Below the pieces are notes generated by a model, which saw only the letters and a program-made list of their open reading frames with translations, had not been told where the DNA came from and searched no databases. From positions 11,284,001 through 11,348,000 of the forward strand of contig OZ004612.1 of the NCBI GenBank assembly GCA_963924565.1: DNA of 64,000 bases, given 5' to 3'. Position 1 is the first letter of the stretch, and each line of letters opens with the position of its first letter. Below, one piece after another: positions 1-12,004 of the stretch. This DNA comes from Ascidiella aspersa. Its lineage: Eukaryota. A program made the position numbers and the translations under genes.

Positions 1-45
1 TTCAAATGGTTACTGGTAGTAAATTTCAACATCTGGTTTGCACAG

Positions 46-363
46 TCATGATTATCGCGGAGTTTATTAATGTCCATTTCCTCTTCATGGTAAGTTTCTA
101 GACACAACAGAGCGGTTGAGTACATGCGGTTTTGTTTTATAACAGTATGGATTTTCCTCAACAGTGTTTTATTTGTTTTATTGAAATCATGGAGTGTTTT
201 CTAGATCAAAACCGCGGCGCCTTGGACCGACATCGGGACCAGCATCGGAAATTACATTGTCAGCATCACCCTTCTTGCCACTGTCCTTGACTTTATACCT
301 CTAGCCACGTTTCTTTTACGTTTCAGGTTTAAATCAAACGTACTGCGACTTGCGGCAAATTGA
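46..363 (+). CDS. PIGN: 3' end (last two coding exons, 46-89 and 205-363) of a PIGN/Mcd4-like GPI ethanolamine-phosphate transferase 1
   Basis: Splice sites cacag|..ATG|gtaagt and ttctag|ATC give MIIAEFINVHFLFM-IKTAAPWTDIGTSIGNYIVSITLLATVLDFIPLATFLLRFRFKSNVLRLAAN*. This resembles the PIGN C-terminus ([24 protein letters not shown], recalled from memory). Absent from the ORF track. The gene starts upstream of the window. Confidence 0.75.
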
Positions 364-1019
364 AATTCCTCGAAATCCAAACGTCGTTTCTTTTGTCCGA
401 TCGTTATCCAGGCAATGTGTTTAGAAATGTATTTTGTCGACTTTCTGTGAGCATTTTTTGTACTGAATATTTCCACTGTGTCGTTGATGCCGATTTAAGA
501 AAATACACATATTTAGTCATATAATTCATAGTATTTGTACGTTATACACTGTATACAGTATAATATTTAAAGCGTAATATTGAATGCTCTTTAGTCTTTG
601 ACTAGCAAGTCCATAATGTATTATAAGTTTGATGCGATTCTGTAAAATATGAAAATCGTTATCGCAGAGAGCCTTCAAAAGAAAAATAGTGTTTTATGTG
701 AAATCAAGCAAAAATTCTAACAATTAGACAACATTAGCAATAAACAACATATTTGCCAAAACATAGGGTCTACAAACACTACGTTTATTAACGATCAAAA
801 TGCATTTCATAAATTCTTAAAGCATAGTACCCTAGTCTAAACCGGTGTCCTGCAGAGGGGCTAATTGATATCAGTTAATCAATTCGGCATTTTCGTGCAA
901 GCAAGGCAAAAAACAACTAGCCTGTGGTGAGGTTCAAACGAGTTCGGCCGTTTAAACAGGATAGAGCAGGCAATGGTGTTCTGGTTGTGCTTCGACTTAT
1001 TTCCTTTATTTCTTTCCCC

Positions 1020-1075
1020 CTCTGTTTAGCTCAGTTTGTAGAGCGACGGTCCTGCTATAACGGAGGTCGTGGGTT
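1020..1075 (+). repeat. tRNA-like repeat fragment (same family as 28211-28284)
   Basis: TAGCTCAGTTTGTAGAGC A-box/D-arm followed by GACGGTCC..GGAGGTCGTGGGTT. A reverse-oriented 3' fragment of the family lies at about 895-940. Confidence 0.6.
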
Positions 1076-1089
1076 ACCGCTCTTCCACA

Positions 1090-2300
1090 AACTTAATATC
1101 CTGGTGGAACCTGCTAATTGCTATCACTTCATCTTAGATTACCGTACCAAGGTTTGAACAAAAACGACCTAATGGCTGAAGAGGGAGTAAATCTTTATAG
1201 TCGTCATCACACACAAATCCGTGATCTTGGAAGGATTATCTTCGGCTAATTCAGTGATTTTGGCTTTTATGTTTCCACGAACTTTCTGTGTTACTAAAGC
1301 AAATGATGGATAAGCAGGGGTTCTTTTCTGTCATGTCATAAACTGCACAAAACGTCCATCTTTGATGAATTAAAAATGAAATCAAAAATGCCTGCTTTCA
1401 CCTTATTTTTCCCAATTGTAGGCAAGGCTTTCACAAACTGCTTCATCAAGACAAGTTTGATGTGCAGTAGTGGATTGATAATTTCCTCTCTGGCACTCTG
1501 GCAATTAAAGGTTGATTGATAAGGCTAGCTTCACCAACTCTCGTGAATTTTCTGGTTTGCAACTCTTTGATTAACGTTATGTAGCAATGCAAACATTAAA
1601 CTTTTCGAACTGTCTATGAACAAGCGCCTCTCTTAAGATCTATATTTTAGCCCTCCCATTTTTAGCAGAAGCCCTTGGATGTCTTTGCAGTAAACAAATC
1701 CTCCTGCTTGCAAAACTATGGAACAATTATTTTTTCCTTAACGATAAAATGTTATGGAAGCTCTTGTTCCAAGACAGTTTTATTTTTAAGTCGGGATACC
1801 AAAGTTTCTGCTGCTTCTCAGAGTAGTTAAGGTCGTCGATGAGATTGCTCACCTCCTTGTGTTTAAACTCTGAAGTAGCTGAACTTCTTCCAAACACGCT
1901 TCCACCGCGATCACTTGTAGAGCTTTCATGGTTTCATATTCTTATTCATGTGATCAGAAGCTCAAATCGTCATTCTGCTATTATTTCTATGGCTAAAGGA
2001 ATGTCGTATTAAACTTTGAGTTTGTAGACCCAGAGCTACAAAATAAGGTATTGACATGATGTAGTGATGTTTTCTTATTAAAATTATAAATCTGATCCCT
2101 ATACATCACAGACTCGCCTTGCGCCATTTTCCTTCGTTACTTACGAAACGTCATTCTGTGGCCTTCTTTCCTTTCTCAATCGTGTGCTTTGCGTCAATTT
2201 GTTTTATCATTTTACAAATAGGATGCAATAAATACAATTGAACATATTGGAGTATCTGGTTGCGAACAAGAAATTCATACAGGTTATGGAAAATTTACAA
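1090..2300 (-). mobile_element. Degraded DNA transposon, CMC/Chapaev3-like transposase pseudogene
   Basis: Minus-strand translation gives ordered remnants with stops and frameshifts: EVSNLIDDLNYS..SRLKNK, FVYCKDIQGLL, RLFIDSSKSL..LLHN, PLLHIKLVLMKQFVKAL, MTIKIYSLFSH..NLGTV, RFHQDIK. These match the LNDLVRDL / WRLFIDSS / PLHIKLGLMKQFVKAL / GERFHQDI motifs I associate with Chapaev3. Boundaries are approximate. Confidence 0.7.
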
Positions 2301-3582
2301 CATGTATGATTGTGTGGCAATGAAAGTTGCATTAAAATCACTGCATGGCCTCTGCTTTGTCATCGTGATAACCACTTTGCGGAAAATAAAACACCAACCG
2401 TGCTTTGTTCTCTTCGTGACTTTTTAGTTTTATTTTTTTTCACCTAATAAATTTCAATAAGCAGAATGAATATTAACATATGAAGACATTGTACCCATTT
2501 TACCTTTTTTAAGACATAATAAAAGGAAAAAATTGCATATGAAAACTTGTGTGAACAAAAAAGGAAATCCTTTCGAATTCATTTTGTTATACCTGCACAG
2601 TTTTGTTGTGTCCCTTAAAAATACAAACATTCAAGAAAATTTGAGTGGAATAATTGCAAAATATAAAGAAGTAGTGTTTCTCAACATTTATCGCGGAAAC
2701 CTAAATAATTAAGCGTATAAGTTAGACAGCGAAGTCTGGTGACCCAATTCTTTTCATGGAAATTTCTGTAAGGCAAATAAACATGGGAAATTAGAAATAT
2801 GTTCGAGATTAATTATTATGATTCAGGTCGTTGTAATGCTTAACTTTCTAAAACTTTGGTGAAATCTTGCTCAGAACGCATGGCACAAAAGATCAAAAAG
2901 GATTTCCTTGTTTTTTCTTTTACTAAAATCTCAAACCTAAATCTAACAACACATAAATCCCGATAGAAAAAATGTACAAAAAACAAAACCAGAAGTACTA
3001 AGTAAACTCAAGACGAAGCTTTGTAACGAGTACTGCGTAGTGGAGATGAATTAGAAAACTGGACAAGTGTCAGTATCTGTTACAGAGGACTTAGGAGACC
3101 AGTAGACAACAAATGTACCGTTGCTCCAAGTGCCGAAACAAACGTAGCAATTTAACAATGCAAATCGAAAATAACTTATTAAAATGTATTGAAATTAAAA
3201 TATGTGTAGTAAGATACGAAGATTACTTTCAAAATTAAAACTTTAATGAAGTAAACCTATTTTAGTACATCTATACTCTAAACAAAGAAAAATGTCTTTG
3301 CAAAACGTTTTCATGATGGTTTACTTTCAAGAAGTATTTTTTGTCTCGGGTAATACTGGCACCGGTAGATGGTTCTGCCAGTTTGTTTAATCGTTGGCTT
3401 TCTAGCAGGAATTTCCTAAAAACAACGCAAGGGAAGGGCGTAGACAGTGCCCGGGATTGGGCAACTTCGCAGTGGGTTAAATAGCTTATATACCGCCACA
3501 AAATTGCTGCACACCATGATGAGACATAAATAAATTACAACCCTAGCATACAATTTAACACTAGTAATGCCGAATACCAACA

Positions 3583-6500
3583 TCACGTTACAGTGACCGT
3601 TGCCATATCGCCAACTACAGTTTCCACGGGGGCCGCGGAACCGCCCTTTTTCTTTTTCTTCTTTTTTTCGGCAGCTGTGGGTAACGGGGGGTAGTCGTCG
3701 GCACAGTTGAACCTCTCCATTGACATGAATCGTTCTACAACCTGCTGATCGACCTGCACACATTTTTTTATTTTAATTCTCTAATTTTGTGGTAATCGAC
3801 GTGTGCGACGTGCAGTTAGCAGCCTACAGGCGTTTCTATTTGCAATTTTTTCTTTAAAAAGTAACTAAACTTGCGCCTTTACTTCAAAAACAAGTTTAAT
3901 TTGTATAGGCGTGCAGTTAGCTCTACAGGCGTTTCTAAGCGTATTTTTTCTTTTAAATGTAACAATACTTGGGCCTTTACCTCAAAAACAAGTTAAATTT
4001 GTCTAGGGCTACAAAGTCGCTTAAAACAAACCGATTTCGACTCCAGCTAAAATATGAACCCGATTTCGATTTCCTAGTCTGACTTCAAGCAAATGTGGCA
4101 ATTTTGTCGAGTCGCGAGTCAGGCTCCGACTCTACCCCCTATTTTGACACATTTAGAAAACTAAAACAAGGTGAATGTTCAACAAACCACACACAGGGGT
4201 GTCATATATCTCATTTCCCCACAATAGGTGGTTGGAAAATATTCTAACGTATGCTATTCCTTCTTTACAAGTTACATTTTGAGCTTCATTAGTTTTGAAA
4301 TTTAGTACTGCGCATGCACACGTCGGACTCTTTTTTTCGTTTTCCATTGTGTGGAATTTGTAGTGAAACCTTTATCTCAAGAATTCCCGAATAAATGAAG
4401 TAATTTCACACTTCTTCAAAGAAGTAAAATATTACACCAAAGAGACCAACTACAAATCATCGATTCGTACCTTTGACCTCCTTTCTTGATGTAGCGCAAC
4501 CATTTCTTGCAGAAGTTTTATAAGTCTCTGCTTGAGTTCCCCGGTCAACATCGCTCCGCTGGAGTAATCCTGCGTTGAAGAATGTGTTACCTCTCGGCAT
4601 TGTACAAAACGCGTTTACGCATTTTAGCACTTAATAACTTTTAACAGATAACGTATTTCGTGATGATCATAAAAACTTGATGAGACCCAATGATGGGGTT
4701 GCGGTTTGGTTTGGGTCGCCTGTATCTAAACGAGCACTTTTCAGCTGTAGCATATAATAATTTAAACATATAACGAATTTCGTGATAAAACCCGAACGTG
4801 TACTTTAAGCTGGGTCCGTTTTCGTTAAACGAGAATATGAATCCAATTTTCGGCCGCAAATCGAAACAACATATCGAATTTAATCAGATGCTTTTCTAAG
4901 TTACAATTGACTTGTTGTAGTAGATTTTAAATTCCCCACACATCGGAAGTCGATGTTTAAATTCGGCGTTCAAGATCAACGCCAACCGCAAAACATATAG
5001 GCAACAAAAAAAAATGTTAGCACTTTTCGGATCTGTTCAAGTTCCTCGTCGTCCTCCAGGAAGAAGCGGAGGTACTGGAAGGAGACGTCCACCGAGCAGT
5101 TTCCTCCCAACTTCCGGTGCTCCTCCACTGTGTCCTGGCCGCCAGAGAAGGCGTACTTGTTAATCTAGGTAAGGCAACGTTGGAGCATTAGAAAAAGCTT
5201 TCTTACTAGGCTTAACAAATTCATTCGAATTAAGATAATGGTGATGCTTTTAGTAGCGAAATATATATATAATATAATAATATCCAAACAAACTAATTTT
5301 CGGTTTACTAAGTTCTGTACTTAGATTAATCTTTATCAAAAACGTTCAACCAGAGTCGTTTGTTTTCACCATTCGGATTCAGCCAGATTGTGTTATTCGA
5401 AAAAAAATTCTGATGAGGCTCTACCAACTGCGCTATACAGGCTCAAAAAGGAGCGAGTCGAGAAACGAACGGGCTAGATCACAGTTGTTATTAAACATAT
5501 ATGGTGTCTTTCATTGAGGCTCAACAATATGATAAAAACTTCTGTATTTCTGTGATGTGACCCTCTCCGAAGTCGTACTGACCACAGATAACGTCACCCT
5601 TACTCTTGGGATTATTTAGTTTGACTGGTAAGTCTGTGGTGGCAGAAAATAGCGGGTATAAAACTGTACAAGCCGGCTGACGACTATGTTTACAAAATTG
5701 GTGGCCAACATGCGGCTCTTTCGCCTCTGGATTCTGTGACTCAGAGTATAACCACCTAGTCTACACCCTTGTGCATATTAATTGAAACAAAACGAGTTTT
5801 TCATTTGTTATAAGCTAAATCACATTTCAAGTCCAGAAAACAGTATACGTATCCATATGGCCTGCTTGTCATTTTATCGAGTGTTTTAGTGTTATATCAG
5901 ATGTTATTCGCATATAAAAATTGGTCATTGCGCATGCGCTATGCATCAGGATGATGCAATCATTACTTCAGCTGATATTGCGTCAGATTTCAGAAACGTG
6001 GTTATTTGAGTTCCAACTATCGTCCGCCATAGACATGACACCAAGGAAAAGTACGAAATCGTTACGCTGCACGAACACACAATTAAAACGTGTCGAGAAA
6101 TAGCACAAGTGGTTGGTGTCAGCCTCGCAACTGTCAGTCGAGTCATCAGGTTAAAAACAAATCAGGATCGGTTTCTCCTAAACGCAAAGGAAATTGTGGC
6201 CGTAGGAGAAAAACCACGACAAGTGACGATGTCTACTTACTCCGACAAAGTAAAAAAGACCCCCGCAAGACGAGCGACTCATTATGTAGGGATTTAAAGG
6301 AAATGAGAAATCCAAATTAGTTGTTCCCCGTTTGTAGAAGGCGTCTGGCAGTTGGTCGAAAAACCAGAAGGTCAGTGAAGAAACAACTTTTAACTAAAGT
6401 AATGAGAGCCAAACGATATAAGTGGGCGAAAAATACAAGAATTGGAGGATAGAACAATGGAGAAAAGTCATATTCAGTGACAAGAGCCATTTCTTCGTCC

Positions 6501-9500
6501 AGGGACAGCGAAGTCAGCATGTTCGCAGGACACTCGGAAAAAACGTCGTAATTCTCACATCGACCAGTGCGTCAACCACCCACAAAAATGATGTTCTGGG
6601 CCTGTTTCGGCTACTATGGTGTTGGCAGCCTACATCCATGCGTTGGAATGATGCGCTCTTTGCAGTACATTCAAACCCTTCAAAGAAGAATGGTTCCAGA
6701 ACTGGAAAAGACATATCCTGACGGTTCTGGAATATTTCAGAGACCTTGCCCCGTGTCACACATCCAAAATGGTGAATAATTTCATGAATGAGAAGCATAT
6801 AAAGGTATTGGATTGGCCTGGCAACTCTCGGATTTGAATCCAATTGAGAATTTATCTGTCTGCAAAAGTCGCCTTCGTGGAGTGGACGTACGACGATGGA
6901 TAAGCTGATTCAGGTATGGTACAGGGACATGAAAATCCTGACTGACTGTTCAAACTTGGTGGATTCGATGCCAAACCGCGTTCAAATGGTGTTGAAGAAT
7001 AAAGGAGGTCATACCTGTTACTAATGTGTCCATTTGTAAGGGTTATACAATAAAAAAACAAGTGAAATTAAAAATATTCACTATTTTGGCCTTTTTAATT
7101 GCTTGTTTCAATTAATATGCACAAGGGTGTATTAGTATGTCAATATAACCACCTAGTCTATTAGTAGGTCATTATCCATAATTGTTTATTGCAAAACGGT
7201 AAACTAATGTAATTGCTATACCGAGGCAACAGTTGCTTTCTAAACGGATCAGTTGACCAACCACATATTTTAGATCGCCTTCTGTAAAGTCCATCTTTCT
7301 TTTTCTCTAGCTAACACATAAGTTGCGACTCACCTTCTTTTTGATCTGAGCAGCGCTGTCAGTTAGGAAGACTGAGGAAGTTGGATCGCTCGAGCTCATC
7401 TTGGTCTGCGCTCCTTGCAGAGCGGAGAAGAATACCGAATGAAGTAGCGACGGCTTTTGAAAGTGCAAGCGGGGAGCGACATCCCTTGTCATACGAAAGT
7501 ATGGGTCCTTTTAAAGAAAAAAAAGCTTTGTTACAAGATAACCAGAAAACACAGTTGTATTAAACTAAATTTTAACAATGAGTCTTGCCAATAAAATGAC
7601 GTCCCCGTTTTTCTTTTAAAGAAACAAAATTGAAAAGAACATACAATACACTAATTTTTGTAACGTGATACTCATATTTTACTACTCAATGTATGATTTA
7701 CTATTGTAACTTAGTGAAAAGCATATGCTCAGCAAATTTAGTTTGAATATGCTATGCAGGCCTATTGTGCAACTTTCTCACAGACAATAAAGGGTCCATT
7801 GCTTAAGTTTAAGAATCACCGATGTGGATACACTAACCTGATCTATGGCGCAGGGTATAAGACAGGCGATATCTTTTCTGCCGTTAAATATGTGTGGAAA
7901 ACTGGAGGAGAAAGAAGGACACGCTTGAATAGCTGGAAAACTGATCTTGCCTGCCAAAAATGGTTTAGGCTTGTGTAATGTGTATGTTGTATGCATGATG
8001 GCTAAACACGACGCTTTTTATAAAAAAAATATACCAATTTTTTTTCTAGCAAACAAAGCTTTTGAAAAACTCGATCTGTTGATCTGAAATATATTTTAAA
8101 ATGTGTTTTAAAAGTATTTATGGGATAGCATCACATTTGAAAACCTTTCTTAAAGATACTATTTGTCAAAAATTTTTAAATGTTTTTTTGTAATTTACAT
8201 GCATTTAAAACAGTTAACAGCTGATTTATTCTGTTTCATTTCAACTGTCTTTGCCAAAGCAGTGAAAAGGACTGGTGTTCGGGATGTAAGATGCTTACCA
8301 ATGCAATCACTGTCACCAAAACCAAATATTCCCTTTACTTGATTAAAAGTCACACACTTCTCAACTCTCTTCATGTTCCAATAAAAAGCTTTAGAAGACC
8401 TGAAAGAAAGAAGTAGAAAAGTTTAAAAAAGCGAATTGTTTCCTCATACACCAATAGAGTATTTGAATATAATAATAAATTTTCGCAACTTCTAGATGAA
8501 ATACTCTGGCATATCACAGGCTAGTATATATAATAGGCTATTTAACAGTTTAATTATATAAATCTACTGCGTTAAACTTGACATATACTATTTGCACGGT
8601 AGTATTCTGGCATAGTTGGCAATGTAAGGTATTTATGTTTTTTTTTTGTACTTGTATAAAACGTAATAAAAGGCTGGCAATACACACAACAAAAGCATAG
8701 AACATTTGATGTAAGTTGGCAAAAGGGTTAAACAACGACTAAATTTTAGCATTGTGAGCGTATGCATCCACAAGGATTTATTCTATACAATTGGACCAAT
8801 GATAGAATTATGAAATTAACTACTGCCTTGCCATACCACATGTGTTAGGGAAGATTGTCAAGTTAAGGTGTTATGATTTTGTAAAAAGTTTGTCACAATA
8901 TTTTTTTTGGTTATTTTTAAGTGAGCAAGCTAAAAATGTTTGAGAATCAATGTGCTAAGTGGTAATGTTGATTGATTTTGAAAACAAAATCTCATATTTA
9001 ACATTCATTATTCAAGGTAGAAATAACAACATATTTTCCTTTTCTGATTTGGAACTTTAATACAATTACAACTACACATTGCTTCTATAAATAATATAAA
9101 AGTCTAAAGAAATAAAGTTGCAGAACTATACTAATTAAAGGTTAGTTTGTTTAACCTACCCTATATAATTCAGATCAGAGAAAATGAAGGTCTTTTTTGG
9201 ATTGAACCCACAAGCTATGATATCTTTACTGTTTTCAAATGACAAGCGCTCGCATTCTTCCAGTGTCAAATCTTTCCAGAAAAATTTTTCGTCGTCAGTT
9301 AATTGAATAACTACAGGAACATCAAAAACATCTTGCAAATATCTGTGAAAGAATCAGCCTTTAATATCAAATAATGACAAATGTGTGCCTTGGAACATAT
9401 TTTAGAGATTATTTTTAATTAAAATGATATATATACTTGTCCTTTGGTATAGATTAACCTACTGAGTCATCATGAAAGGGATTAAATGGCCCAGATGCAT

Positions 9501-10710
9501 TGCTTCTGATGAGGGTCCTCTTCCAGTATACAGATAAAATGGCTTGTTTTGTTCACTGAGTGTGACGATACGATCAAACTCCCTGAAGAACCATTCAAAT
9601 AACGTTAAATTAAGCATGCAATAAAAGCACAATGAACTAGTACAGGGGTGGTAGTCCGTTTGCCAACAGTCCAACACGTTCAAATGTTACAAATTATTAA
9701 ACCATACCAATTGTTAGGGATACGACGATTTATGGTGTCTGTTAATTAAGTATAATAACATCAATTTAGTCAATAAATTGTGTCAGTAGCTTACAGTATG
9801 TCACCCCTGGCACACATGACAGAGGGTTGCCTCCCATTTACTTTAAGGACATAAGTTTAAGTGGTCGGCGCCCTTAGCTACGCATATCTGCATTATAAAT
9901 ATTTTAGGAAATACTGGCATAACAATTGAACTGTAAAAAAGTGCACATTTCAGTCATACCTAAACTTTAACATGACAAGTTTGACAACCTATCATTTCAT
10001 CTTACTGTTATGCTGTGTTGATTCACTGATCACTGATCGATCAATACCTGTGTGAGAAGAATATGCCTCGCTTTAAAAATTGATGAACTCTTTTGCCCCT
10101 GGAAGTAACGAGCTTTTCAAATCTTTTCAACAGTTCGTCATCGATTTTGGATGATCCAAACCTTACTGAAAAGTAGAAACAAGTGGTATAAAATCAGTTG
10201 AAAATGGTGGGCCTAATATAAAATTGATATTAGTCCCAGGCCACGAAAACAACATATGTTATTTACAATATAAGTGGTTACCAAAGATTTTTAGTTGAAG
10301 ACATCTTCATTTCATTGGAACAGACTGCTGAGATTTTGCAATAATTTAAGTCTTAAGAATATTCATACAGAAAATCTATAGTTCAACAACCGGGCCAAAT
10401 CAAGCAACTAATTATTAGTGTTACAACTTATTTTGTTATTTTTCAGCTGTCAGTATATGAAGCACACATTTGTTTAAAACTGTAATTTGCTTTTTTATTA
10501 GAATAAAAAAGGATTATAGTATAAAACATAAAATTGGTAAGTAAAATTTACCAATGCACTGGTACTGCTATAGGCCTATAGTTACCACAAAAACTACCAA
10601 CCTATTAACTTGTCATAGTCAACGCCTTTGTTGCTTGATGATTGTACTTCCCAGGGATTAACAACATCTTCTTCTAATTCAGTAGGCACAGAATTTTCGA
10701 CACCATTCAT
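3583..10710 (-). CDS. WARS1: Cytoplasmic tryptophanyl-tRNA synthetase, 10 coding exons
   Basis: Exons approx. 10710-10602, 10165-10048, 9582-9463, 9342-9160, 8399-8298, 7949-7837, 7507-7334, 5164-5024, 4569-4471, 3753-3583, all GT-AG and frame-consistent. Motifs: [36 protein letters not shown] (HIGH), [32 protein letters not shown] (KMSKS), [21 protein letters not shown]. Confidence 0.96.
3809..4007. repeat. Two-copy ~100-bp tandem duplication in the last WARS1 intron
   Basis: cgtgcagttagc..ctacaggcgtttcta..caaaaacaagtt..tttgt.tagg occurs twice head-to-tail. Confidence 0.75.
5764..7129 (+). mobile_element. Full-length Tc1/mariner (Tc1-type) element with a disrupted transposase, in WARS1 intron 7
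   Basis: Perfect 27-bp TIRs (CACCCTTGTGCATATTAATTGAAACAA at 5764; inverse at 7103-7129) flanked by TA target duplications. Transposase remnants about 6035-7024 across frameshifts: HTH ([12 protein letters not shown]), [50 protein letters not shown]. Confidence 0.93.
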
Positions 10711-12004
10711 ATTTTTTATATATGTATTTTACAACCCAGACTAACAATTCCTTAAAAAAAGATGATGAATTTTTTAAATGATTTTAAACATATTGCATGT
10801 CTAACAGTTAGTAATTTATAAACAACCAGTATTGATAATAATCGATCTTGAAAAACATAATATGTTTGTAAATAATTGCGCTTTATCACATTTCTTAACT
10901 CTTTTTGTATTTTTACAGCGATAAACTAAATGACCACTGTGAAGTCTGAAATATTAAACTGCTACTGTTGATATATTAATCAGTTTGATATCTACTGTTC
11001 CGCTCGTCTCAACGATTCAGCTTTCGATTCAAACGGGGTATTAATCTTTACGACAGATTAGACATAAACGCGTGTTTAATGAAAGTTAATTATACGTAAT
11101 CAGCTGTTCTCTGAACTGACGCAACAATCGCTTAGTTGTGATCACACAATGCGCACGCCGACAAAGTTACTCAAGCGTGTTAAAGAACGCCCACAATATT
11201 TTACCATTTATACAATATAAATAAAGTCACTAGGGGTGTCCGATAATATCGAATCGGAGCCGATACTCGATGCCAAGTGGTAGTATTGGAACTCTTCCGT
11301 TACTAGGTTAGTGTCAGTGCCGATTTGATAACAAATAAATCTTTCTAAAATGTAAATTTAGTAAAAAAATAGAAGGTAAATGGTAACAAAACTACTCAAC
11401 TTCAAAACAAAGTGTGGCCTTAAAATCAGGGGAAAAATTACCAAGGAACGTTTCAATTTAGCTTGTTGAGCTATAGTGATGGCGTCATCTGGCATTGGAT
11501 CGCGATATCTTTTGCCCACTGCATCGGGTATCTCAATAAAATATGAAGTGTCGAACATACTTAATAAGCACGAATTTCAGCAACGATTTTTTAAGGCCGA
11601 AATAGTACTTTAAACGCAAACGATATTTCAAATGAAGTTTGCAATATCGACTTTGGGCAGAATCTGTCTTATTTTTCCGTCCAACAACTGGTCTAGTGCA
11701 ACCGAAATTAAAATACAACTGACCATGATATTTTATATGGTAAAAACACCATGAGCGGATTAGGTAATAATTCCAGTCAATACATCACTGCTAAATGCGG
11801 CAGTAACAAGTCTTTATTTCATCATAAAATAGAGGATATAACATTGTAAACAAAATTTGTCACTACACGGTTTTAGAAAAGATTCGAAATGTTATAAACG
11901 GCAAACACAAGCTTCCATAGGACTTTTTCATCTCTGCAACCTTATGGATTCACCTCTTGCAGCCATTTGTTAGAATATATAATATATTTTTTTAACAAAA
12001 AATG

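Noticed and set aside
252-476. 74-aa minus-strand ORF
   Set aside because: Antisense to the PIGN-like last exon; no recognisable protein features.
3416-3763. 115-aa ORF overlapping the WARS1 last exon
   Set aside because: Wrong frame; the phase-0 splice from 4471 gives [10 protein letters not shown], which fits TrpRS.
10751-11820. Possible operon or SL trans-splicing link between BRMS1L and WARS1 (same strand, acceptor just upstream of the WARS1 ATG)
   Set aside because: About 1 kb of spacer containing a MITE lies after the BRMS1L AATAAA. The acceptor may belong to an ordinary 5' UTR intron, and this cannot be settled without 5'-end transcript data.
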